From the IMG/VR virus record IMGVR_UViG_3300045961_000282, positions 1 to 64,000 of that record: 64,000 nucleotides of DNA; one strand, given 5' to 3'. Shown in pieces: positions 35,674 through 43,551 of this stretch; the first letter of the stretch is position 1; every line of letters begins with the position of its first letter. The translations under genes and the position numbers were made by a program. Under the pieces are notes generated by a model. It saw only the letters and a program-made list of their open reading frames with translations, was not told the origin of the DNA and did no database searches.

Positions 35674-36477
35674 ATGCCATGTGCGACCTGCGGAGGCCCC
35701 CTGACCGGACGGGCCAAACGCTACTGCTCCGACTTCTGCGCGAAGGCCAAACCGTGTCGCACCTGCGGGACGCTCAAGGTCGGTCAGAGCCCCTACTGCC
35801 CCGACTGCCGCCGCGACCGCACCCCCAGCGTCGAACTGTGCCTCGACCCCGAGTGGCTGGCCCGGCAGGCCACCCGCGACGAACGACCCAAGCGCAAGCC
35901 GCAGGGAGGCCCCACCGACCTGTGGTGGTGCGCCGGATGCCGCGACTGGCTGAGCCCGCGATGGTTCCTGTCGTGGAAGCAGATCAAGGCGCAGGCCAAG
36001 GTGCCCGACCGCTGCCGCCCCTGTCGGTCGGCCCGCGGCCATGCCGCGAAGATCAAGGCCGAGTACGGCATGACCCCCGAAGATTACGACGCCCTGCTGG
36101 CCCTACAGGGCGGCGGGTGCGCCATCTGTGACGGCAAGCCCAAGACTGAAAGGTTGTCGGTAGACCATGATCATGAGACGGGCGCGGTTCGAGGCTTGCT
36201 CTGCAGCAAGGACAACAGCGAGTTGCTGTCCGGTGTCCGGCACTCGCATCGGCTGGCCTCACGTGCCGCGCTGTACCTGATCAGCCCTCCCGCGCAGACC
36301 GGCGTCGCCGTGCCCTACGCCACGTCCATCGCGACCGAGGAACTGCGCCTGCTGGTGCAGGGCGCAGCGTGCGCGCTGCTGGGGGACGCGGCGCTGGAGG
36401 TGTGCTGCGACGACGTGCCACGACTGCGGGATCTGGTCGACCGGCTGTGGGTGGAGTTGGACCCTACGGCCGGTTGA
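35674..36477 (+). CDS. endonuclease VII family protein with N-terminal zinc ribbons
   Basis: YG.T.EDY..L...QGG.CAIC..VDHDH.TG.VRGLLC..N. Confidence 0.9.
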   Translation: MPCATCGGPLTGRAKRYCSDFCAKAKPCRTCGTLKVGQSPYCPDCRRDRTPSVELCLDPEWLARQATRDERPKRKPQGGPTDLWWCAGCRDWLSPRWFLSWKQIKAQAKVPDRCRPCRSARGHAAKIKAEYGMTPEDYDALLALQGGGCAICDGKPKTERLSVDHDHETGAVRGLLCSKDNSELLSGVRHSHRLASRAALYLISPPAQTGVAVPYATSIATEELRLLVQGAACALLGDAALEVCCDDVPRLRDLVDRLWVELDPTAG

Positions 36478-37189
36478 TGATCGTCACACCCATGCCCTTG
36501 AACAGGTGCGTCGCCTGCTTGGGGCCCACGCTCGACTTGCCCTTCGGGTCGCTGCCGAACCCGTGCGCCTTCTGGCACGCCCGCACCGCGGCGTCGGTCA
36601 TGTCCCCGTAGTTGCCGGTGACCGGCAGTTTGTCCTGCCCGGGGATGCTGTGGGCGTTGAGGGCCTTCTGCAGCAACCGCACGCTGGCGGAGTCCTTGGT
36701 CCCCGCCTTGAGTTGTTCCAGTCGCACGGTGGGCTTGGGCGGCGCTGGCGGCGGCTTGGGCGCGGCGGGGGCGGGCGACCACTTCAGCGACGGCGCCGGG
36801 TCCACGCAGTTGCCGCAGGACCACGTCCCGGCCTTGCGGTGCCGCTCGAAGTGCAGGTGCGGCCCGGTCACGTTGCCTTCTGCGCCGATCTCGCCGATCT
36901 TGTCCCCGGCCTTCACCTTCGTGCCCGCGGCAACCCGCATCCGCATATGGGCGTAGAAGTCACCCGTGCCGTCGGCGGCCACGATCAGCACCTGCTTGGA
37001 GCCGAATGCCCGCCCGAAGTTGACGTGGCGCACCGTGCCCGGCCGGGCGGCCACGACCTTCGTGCCCAACGGGGCCGCGATGTCGATGCCGGTGTGCTTG
37101 CCAAGACCGTTGCGCCGGTCACATGACCAGTATTTGCTGCGCTTTCCGTATGCCGTCGAAACAGAACGGCCCGGGACGGGATTTCCGAT
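36464..37189 (-). CDS. endolysin: M23 peptidase + peptidoglycan-binding domain (non-canonical ATC start inferred)
   Basis: HTGID, YAH, GPHLHFE zinc motifs; LQKALN..G.YG..T..AV..Q PG-binding; frame is open to 37210. Confidence 0.85.
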   Translation of the reverse strand: MGNPVPGRSVSTAYGKRSKYWSCDRRNGLGKHTGIDIAAPLGTKVVAARPGTVRHVNFGRAFGSKQVLIVAADGTGDFYAHMRMRVAAGTKVKAGDKIGEIGAEGNVTGPHLHFERHRKAGTWSCGNCVDPAPSLKWSPAPAAPKPPPAPPKPTVRLEQLKAGTKDSASVRLLQKALNAHSIPGQDKLPVTGNYGDMTDAAVRACQKAHGFGSDPKGKSSVGPKQATHLFKGMGVTIINRP

Positions 37190-37210
37190 GTCTACTGCCC
37201 TCGCTTCCGA

Positions 37211-38488
37211 TCAGATGATTCCGGCAGGAATCATTGATTCCTTGGTCGACACGGCCCCACCATTGGTGGGCAGCACGAAGACCCTGCCCCGCCTGCCTGC
37301 GATCTGACTGTCGCTGACCGACTCGACGCGCGGCATCCACGTGATCCGCGTGTCGCGCCACGCGATGGGCCTGCGGTCGGATGCGTAGACCCCGGCCTTC
37401 TTCATCGCGGCAGTGAGTGCTGTCTGTGGGTCTGCCCACTTGGGTCGCGACCGGGGATCGACGTAGACCCCGAGCCCGTACCGCCCCCCGGTCAGCCTGC
37501 AGGCATCGATGCGCACCCCCGAGGCGCCCGACACCTTCACTGCGTCCTGCCCCGCCTTGACGGTGAGGTTCTTCATCCGCAAGGCGTGGGACAGTTCGAA
37601 GAACACCCCGTTGCCTGTCGCGTCGATGCTGCCACCGGAGATGTCCACGTCAGTTGTGGACTGGTCGAACCAGAGCCCGTGACCGACCGCTTCGCGAACG
37701 GTGGGATTGATCAGCGTCACCCCCCGACAGCGGCTGGTCTTGAGTGCCCCCGACTGCGGGCTGGCGGTGAACATGCGCTGCGAGTTCACCTTCGTCCAAC
37801 TCACATTCTCGAGCCGCAGCGTGGTGCACAGCACTGCCGCGATGCCCATCCACCCGCACCGGGACAGCGCAGTGTCCTTGATCACCACCTTGGACCCGGT
37901 CGCTCGCACGGATGCGAACGAACAGGAGTCGATGGTGCATGACTCGATCCGCCCGCCGTCCTTGACCAGAATCGCTGCCCCGTCCCCGGGCGTCGGGCTG
38001 TAGCGCGCCACTGCGACGCCCTTGAGCGTCCCGGACAGGTTCTTGATCGCCACCCGATGCCGCGAGGCGATGATGCCCAGCGCCTCGTCGTCCTTGTGGA
38101 CCCACAGGCGCCCGCCCGCGACAGCGAACGTGCCCCGCTTCACCGCACCCGTGGTGGCGACCCGCCGCAGCCTGCCGTCGCCCGCCCCGCGGCGCGTCCA
38201 CACCTGATCGGCATGCTTGCCCATCGGGTCGGCGAGGTTCTGGCCCTTGGAGAACGCGATGCCGTGTCCATCGACGACAGGCAACTGGCTGTAAGGGGCT
38301 GAGCGCAGTTCGCCCTCGGGGCGCCATCCGGAGATGACCTGCGACCCTTCAAGGGTGGCCTTGCCCTTGCCGTCGAGCGTCGCCCCCTTGGGGATCACCA
38401 GATTCGAGAATCGGTGCGTGCCCGGCTCGAGCACGACCACCCCGCCCTTGTTGAGCGCGGCCTGCACCTGCGTCTGAGTCTGTGCCAT
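37211..38488 (-). CDS. right-handed parallel beta-helix protein (pectin-lyase-like)
   Basis: L.PGTH, beta-helix repeats, GHGLWFD, GVFFELS. Confidence 0.75.
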   Translation of the reverse strand: MAQTQTQVQAALNKGGVVVLEPGTHRFSNLVIPKGATLDGKGKATLEGSQVISGWRPEGELRSAPYSQLPVVDGHGIAFSKGQNLADPMGKHADQVWTRRGAGDGRLRRVATTGAVKRGTFAVAGGRLWVHKDDEALGIIASRHRVAIKNLSGTLKGVAVARYSPTPGDGAAILVKDGGRIESCTIDSCSFASVRATGSKVVIKDTALSRCGWMGIAAVLCTTLRLENVSWTKVNSQRMFTASPQSGALKTSRCRGVTLINPTVREAVGHGLWFDQSTTDVDISGGSIDATGNGVFFELSHALRMKNLTVKAGQDAVKVSGASGVRIDACRLTGGRYGLGVYVDPRSRPKWADPQTALTAAMKKAGVYASDRRPIAWRDTRITWMPRVESVSDSQIAGRRGRVFVLPTNGGAVSTKESMIPAGII

Positions 38489-38904
38489 CAACCCAGCCTC
38501 GTGGACTTGCACACGAATCGCATCTGATGGGTCCCCGACGACAACTTGATGCGGAACGCCACCGGCCCGCCGCCGTAGATGGGGTGCTCGATCGGGGTCC
38601 GCCACCGATGCCACTCCGCGCCCCACTTGCGCGCAGGCATCACGGCGTTGTGGCCGGTGGAGTCCTCCTTGGACAGCCCCGACCAGCCGACCCGCACCAG
38701 TTGGACCTCAGCCTCAACCTTGGGGTCGGCGGGCATCCGCACTTGGAAGGAGTGCAGGAACTTCCCGCCCTTCGGGGTGTTGATGACGGCCGCCGTGAAC
38801 CATACGCCACCCTTGACCGACACCGGCTTGTCCGCCGGGGTCTTGTGCATCACCGATTGCCCTTTTGCCCACTTTGTCAGTGGAAGTCCGAGTGCAGCCA
38901 CCAT
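38488..38904 (-). CDS. hypothetical protein
   Basis: AAGGAG RBS; TGATG overlap. Confidence 0.65.
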   Translation of the reverse strand: MVAALGLPLTKWAKGQSVMHKTPADKPVSVKGGVWFTAAVINTPKGGKFLHSFQVRMPADPKVEAEVQLVRVGWSGLSKEDSTGHNAVMPARKWGAEWHRWRTPIEHPIYGGGPVAFRIKLSSGTHQMRFVCKSTRLG

Positions 38905-38911
38905 GTGCTCC

Positions 38912-40015
38912 TTATAGTCGTTGGGCAGTAAGTGCGAGCGTAACGTTTTGCGTTGATGCAGAGTTATGGACCACGTATGGGACGATCTCGATCTGGCTGG
39001 TGTTGGACGCCCTGAATATCCATGACAACTCACCACCGGACATTCCGGTGCTACCGTTGATAGAGGAGAATTGAACTCTATCCGCAAGACCCATGGCGAG
39101 TCGAATGCCGATATTCATGTTGCCACCAAAAATTGCATGATAGACAACTAGAAAAACATCACCTGCTGAATGCCCATTGATTCGCAGGCTCGTTGAGGTC
39201 CATGTTGCCCAAATCGGTTGGGTTCCAGAAGGAGTCATCGCCGATGACAGGCCCCGCCACCCGGTTCCTGACGCAGTGCTGTTGTTTACCCACGCGTAAG
39301 CATGCTCAGAATCGGCTCGTCGATCAACGTAGCCTTTCGTGGCGATGCCCAGCGCAGCCGTTGGGTTGCCTGACACCGTCGCTAGCCCTGTTGCGCGATC
39401 GAAGAGCATGGCCGAGCCGAGCGGTGACCCATCGTCGGCGTACCGATTGACCGTCAAACTGCTCCCTGCGTTACCGCCACTCTCGACGTCAGGGTTTTTT
39501 GCGATCAGCCACCGAGTTTTTCCTGCCCTACTTCCAACCAGCATCCCGGCGTGGCCATCCGAGTAGGTGCGCAAATATGCCGTTGTGTCCTTGGAGAGGA
39601 TGAGATCACCGCTCATTGTGTCGCCAGTCTTGGCGACTTTTTGATCGGCATACTGCTTGGTAGCGGCAGCGTTTTGGTCCTGCGGATGATCGACGATCAA
39701 TTGCTCCAATTTTCCATCAAGTTTGTTTATCAATCGAACCTGTCCGGTCACCTCGGTCAGCCGGGCACTCTCCCATTCCGGACCAAGCCAATCTGTAAAT
39801 CCGATGTTCCCAGACATCATGTCGCCGGACTTCTGGACGAACGACGACACATCAGGAGCAGGCCCTTCCGGGCCCGACGGCCCTTCAGGCCCTTGGGCTC
39901 CGTCGGCTCCCGCAGGGCCTTGGGGGCCGGGGGGCCCTTGCGGTCCGCGGGGTCCCGCGATGTTCAGGGACTTCCACTCACCGGTATTTGGGTCGCGGTA
40001 CTTGATCGCGCCCAT
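38912..40015 (-). CDS. collagen-like fibre protein with YRD tag
   Basis: MGAIKYRDP; GXY repeats; GD.MSG and AATK.Y repeats. Confidence 0.85.
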   Translation of the reverse strand: MGAIKYRDPNTGEWKSLNIAGPRGPQGPPGPQGPAGADGAQGPEGPSGPEGPAPDVSSFVQKSGDMMSGNIGFTDWLGPEWESARLTEVTGQVRLINKLDGKLEQLIVDHPQDQNAAATKQYADQKVAKTGDTMSGDLILSKDTTAYLRTYSDGHAGMLVGSRAGKTRWLIAKNPDVESGGNAGSSLTVNRYADDGSPLGSAMLFDRATGLATVSGNPTAALGIATKGYVDRRADSEHAYAWVNNSTASGTGWRGLSSAMTPSGTQPIWATWTSTSLRINGHSAGDVFLVVYHAIFGGNMNIGIRLAMGLADRVQFSSINGSTGMSGGELSWIFRASNTSQIEIVPYVVHNSASTQNVTLALTAQRL

Positions 40016-40067
40016 CAGGCAGCCCTTTCCGAAATGAAATGCAGGTCATGAGAAATCATGCTATTTC

Positions 40068-40868
40068 TCAAATCTTTTTCATGATGTAGGTCAGGGCGTA
40101 ATAAGGTGGGCGGTTTTCGTGCGCCTGCCCGCCTCCCTCGGCTGTGATGCTGTGGCTGTGAACGTTGCTCTGACTCATCCAGCCCGTGGAGAAGTCGTGC
40201 TGGTGATCGGTGTTGACCACGCCTGCGTTCAGGTCATTCCAGTAGCCGCCCGGCGGCGCATCGGTATGTCGCTTGAGGACGTTGCCATCCCACCCACCCG
40301 CCTCTGGCGGCCCGCCCGTCCCGGTCCGCAGGCCAGTGCCGTGTCCGTGGGCGGCGTTGTAGCCGTCTGCCTGATGTCCCGTGCGCCCCGAGTGCGTATG
40401 GTTCACATCGACCTGTGACGTGCTGCCCGTGTGGTTGTGCCACGGCACGTGCTCGATCCCAAGGGTCACCGCCGCCGCGCCACCCGTCGCGCCGTTGGCG
40501 TAGCCCGCACCGGCCCCGACGACGAACCTGTCCCGCAGGTCCGGGGTCGTTGCGGACCCGATGATGGCCTGCAGTTCGGTCGACCCGTGGGCGCTGCCGT
40601 CGCACAGGTGCCACCCCTCCGGAGCGACCGACCCGCCGTAGGCGATCACCGCGCCGATCGGCATGGCGGCATTGAGTTCGGCCCTCTGCACGAACGTCGA
40701 CGTGTCCGGTGCGGGACCCTCGGGCCCCTGCGGACCATCGGCCCCTGCGGGCCCTGCGGGCCCTTCGGGGCCCTGTGGGCCGGGGGGCCCCTGAGGGCCA
40801 CGGGGGCCTGCCGTGTTCAGGGACCGCCACTCACCCGTGTCCGCGTCGCGGTACTTGATGACAGCCAT
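40068..40868 (-). CDS. collagen-like fibre protein with tail-collar domain and YRD tag
   Basis: MAVIKYRD; P.G.VI.Y..P.GWHLCDG..PDLRDRF; H.H repeats; PPYYAL.YIMK. Confidence 0.9.
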   Translation of the reverse strand: MAVIKYRDADTGEWRSLNTAGPRGPQGPPGPQGPEGPAGPAGADGPQGPEGPAPDTSTFVQRAELNAAMPIGAVIAYGGSVAPEGWHLCDGSAHGSTELQAIIGSATTPDLRDRFVVGAGAGYANGATGGAAAVTLGIEHVPWHNHTGSTSQVDVNHTHSGRTGHQADGYNAAHGHGTGLRTGTGGPPEAGGWDGNVLKRHTDAPPGGYWNDLNAGVVNTDHQHDFSTGWMSQSNVHSHSITAEGGGQAHENRPPYYALTYIMKKI

Positions 40869-41335
40869 CAGACCGCCTTCTTCTTCTTGGGCTCCGGCTC
40901 TGGTTCACGCTCAACCTCAGGCTCAAGTTCCGGCTGAGCCTCGCCCTCGATCTCAATCTCGGGTTCGTACCCGAACTCGACCTCAGGCTCCGGTTCGTAC
41001 CCCACCTCGGATTCAGGGGCGGCCTCGTATCCAGTCTCGGGTTCGACCTCGGGCTCGTATTCAAAGTCCGGCTCAGGCTCAACCTCGGGCCGATATCCGA
41101 CCTGATCGTCGATGCCGAAGTAGGAGCCCAGCCCCGCCGACACCAGTCCGATGACGCCCGTGCCCAGCACCAGCAGCAGCCCCGTCTCGGCATCGCCGAG
41201 GTTACGGGTCGAGTTCAGTGCGCCCCACAGCACGGCAAAGGTGAGCAGCAGGAACAGGATGCACACCGCAGAGGTGAGCATGATCACGACGCGGGTCACT
41301 CCGGGGTGCGGTTCGCGCTCCATGTCAACGCCCAT
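40868..41335 (-). CDS. 2-TM membrane protein with Glu/Pro repeat tail (holin candidate)
   Basis: Two TM helices, YEPE repeats, basic C-terminus. Confidence 0.6.
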   Translation of the reverse strand: MGVDMEREPHPGVTRVVIMLTSAVCILFLLLTFAVLWGALNSTRNLGDAETGLLLVLGTGVIGLVSAGLGSYFGIDDQVGYRPEVEPEPDFEYEPEVEPETGYEAAPESEVGYEPEPEVEFGYEPEIEIEGEAQPELEPEVEREPEPEPKKKKAV

Positions 41336-41627
41336 TTATCGACCTGCGGCCGAAGTATCGACCGATGATCGTCGACAGCAGCGACAGCACGCCGCCGGTC
41401 AGGGTCAGGATCAGGTTCTGGGCGTTGCTGGACAGATCAAGTCCGGGCTCACCGGAGGAAGAATCGATCACGATGCCGATGCCCACCATCATGAAGAACA
41501 CCAGAACCGCTCCGGCGGCGATCTGAAGGGCGATCAGGAACCCCGCGTCGAGGTCGCCGCTCCACGCCTTGCCTATCCCACCCTGCTCTTTCTGGGGAGA
41601 GTTGGAGGGGCTAGTCACATCGCTCAT
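41325..41627 (-). CDS. 2-TM membrane protein (holin candidate)
   Basis: Two TM helices ending GRYFG, like the neighbour's GSYFG. Confidence 0.6.
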   Translation of the reverse strand: MSDVTSPSNSPQKEQGGIGKAWSGDLDAGFLIALQIAAGAVLVFFMMVGIGIVIDSSSGEPGLDLSSNAQNLILTLTGGVLSLLSTIIGRYFGRRSINGR

Positions 41628-41869
41628 GGCGCTCCTTCCGCGCTTCTCATCTCAGCGATCAGATGTTCCAGAGATTCGATTCTGGTCAGGATGTCGGTCA
41701 TGGTTGCGTCATCCCGCGAAGGCAAGCGCGTCGAGGTGTTGACCCATAACTTGACGTCAGGATCGGTGGGCTCAGTGGGAGAGACCTCGATCTCATCGAG
41801 GGGGTCCCGGGGAACGACCAGTGGAACCCACTTGCCGCCAGCGAGATCGCGGTAGTACAGGATGGCCAC
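41624..41869 (-). CDS. small YRD-tag adaptor protein
   Basis: MAILYYRD..KW.PL; EVSPTEPTDP..LWV. Confidence 0.75.
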   Translation of the reverse strand: MAILYYRDLAGGKWVPLVVPRDPLDEIEVSPTEPTDPDVKLWVNTSTRLPSRDDATMTDILTRIESLEHLIAEMRSAEGAP

Positions 41870-41871
41870 AG

Positions 41872-42636
41872 TCAGGCCCCCTTGTAGATTATGTGGTTCA
41901 GCGCGAAGTAGGGCGGCATGATCGAGAAGGGCGCGCTTCCGCCGTCAGAAGGAATGGGGTGCGCATGCGGGCCACTGCCGACCTGCCGCAGCATGCTCGG
42001 ATCCCCCTCCAGCAGGGCGGGGTCGATCTGCCACCTGTCCGCGTCGCCCGTGGCCCCCTCGCCCGCGGGCCCCGTCGCGCCACCGTGGTTGTGGCGGGGC
42101 ATGTTGCTCACGGTCAGCGCGACCCGCTCGGCCCCGCCCTTGCTTCCGTGGGGGTATCCGTTGCCTGAGACCAAGATGAACCCGCTGCGCAGGTCGGGGG
42201 TGCGGTCGCTGCCCAGCACCTCTTCGAGAGCCGGAGAGCCGTGCACCGTCCCGTCACACAGGTGCCACCGCGGCGGCGCCAGTCGGCCCCCGAATGGGAC
42301 GATCACTCCGATCGGAACCGAGCCCTGTGAGTCGACGCGCTCGTCGACGTACTCCTTGGTCGCCGCATGGAACGGCTCGTGTGGCGGGCCCACCAGCGAC
42401 AATGGACCCAGCATCCGGTCACCGTCGGCATTGACGAACCGCTTGTCCAAGAAGGTCCAGCCGTCGACCTCGTCTGCGGTGCGAACGACATCATCGGACG
42501 TGTCGATCCAGATCTCGTAGCCGCCCTCCTTGATCGGCGGCTGCGCACCGCCGATCTGCACCTCTTCGGCCAAATCCGTCGTGGCAAACGGACGCCACTC
42601 ATCATCCGCGGGGTCGCGGTAGTACAAAGTGGGCAC
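41872..42636 (-). CDS. tail-collar fibre protein with YRD tag
   Basis: PTLYYRDP..EW; AATKEYVD; WHLCDG..PDLR; PPYFAL.HI. Confidence 0.85.
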   Translation of the reverse strand: MPTLYYRDPADDEWRPFATTDLAEEVQIGGAQPPIKEGGYEIWIDTSDDVVRTADEVDGWTFLDKRFVNADGDRMLGPLSLVGPPHEPFHAATKEYVDERVDSQGSVPIGVIVPFGGRLAPPRWHLCDGTVHGSPALEEVLGSDRTPDLRSGFILVSGNGYPHGSKGGAERVALTVSNMPRHNHGGATGPAGEGATGDADRWQIDPALLEGDPSMLRQVGSGPHAHPIPSDGGSAPFSIMPPYFALNHIIYKGA

Positions 42637-42715
42637 GGTCGGCCTCCAGCGGGGTGCGGCGCAGCACGAATGTACCAACGGGGCCCCGTGCGGGCGGGGC
42701 GTTTCTGCAACGGTC

Positions 42716-42730
42716 GTCAAGCAATGTCAG
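42716..42730. promoter_or_regulatory. GTCAAGC-nn-TGTCAR motif in divergent promoter region
   Basis: Matches 27004-27018 and 30241-30255. Confidence 0.55.
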
Positions 42731-42831
42731 ACCCCCCGCCTAGGGTCGCAGTGTGGGTTCGGAACCGGGCCCGGCACCGCGATCCTGATAGGGTTACGGC
42801 AGCATCACCAACGACACAAGGAAGGTCTCCC

Positions 42832-43551
42832 ATGGCATCCACCCCCTACGACGACGACTACCAGTCCGTCGCCGAGCGCATCGCGATCTTCCGCACCAAG
42901 CACCCGGATGGGAGCCTGTGCGCCCTTGACCCGGCCAAGCCGTTCGAGATCGTCCACGTCGGCGACAAGGTTTTCATCGCCGTCACCGCGGCGGCCTATC
43001 GCAGTCCCGAGGATCCGGCCCCCGGCGTCGGGCTGGCGTGGCAGGTGTTCCCCGGCACCGACGAGTACACCCGCGACAACGAGTTGATGATCGCCCAGAC
43101 CTCGGCGTGGGGCCGGGCCATCGTCGCCGCGCTGGCCGCCGATGCCAAGAAGATCGCCACCAAGGACGAGGTCCGCGCGGCGCAGTCCAACCGAGCCCCT
43201 GCCAACCCGGCCCCGAGCGCCGCGAGCGCCAACGGCACGGCGGTCAAGCAGGAGGAGCCCCCGCAGTCCACCGACCCCACGGCGGAGTTGTACAACTCGG
43301 CTGTGGTCGATGAGGCGATGCGCCTGATGAAGGCGCCCACCACCACCTATGACGAACTGCGCGACGTCTGGCAGATGCTCTCGCAGGCGCGACTGGGCGC
43401 CCGGCGCATCGACCCGCCGCCCGGCATGGATGCCGATGGCGATGGCAAGGTCCCGATCCTCTCGGCGGTCGCCTTCGTGGGCAAGCAGCGCAAGGAGAAC
43501 GCCCCCGCCGCGCAGACCGAACTGGCGGTCAACGAGAAGGGTGCGAAGTGA
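42832..43551 (+). CDS. putative single-strand annealing protein (Rad52/Sak-like)
   Basis: YQSVAERI..FR.KHP.G, A.TSAWGRA motifs; coupled to exonuclease. Confidence 0.65.
   Translation: MASTPYDDDYQSVAERIAIFRTKHPDGSLCALDPAKPFEIVHVGDKVFIAVTAAAYRSPEDPAPGVGLAWQVFPGTDEYTRDNELMIAQTSAWGRAIVAALAADAKKIATKDEVRAAQSNRAPANPAPSAASANGTAVKQEEPPQSTDPTAELYNSAVVDEAMRLMKAPTTTYDELRDVWQMLSQARLGARRIDPPPGMDADGDGKVPILSAVAFVGKQRKENAPAAQTELAVNEKGAK

Noticed and set aside
40880-41100. Glu/Pro repeat as a non-coding tandem repeat element
   Set aside because: It is the low-complexity coding tail of a membrane protein.
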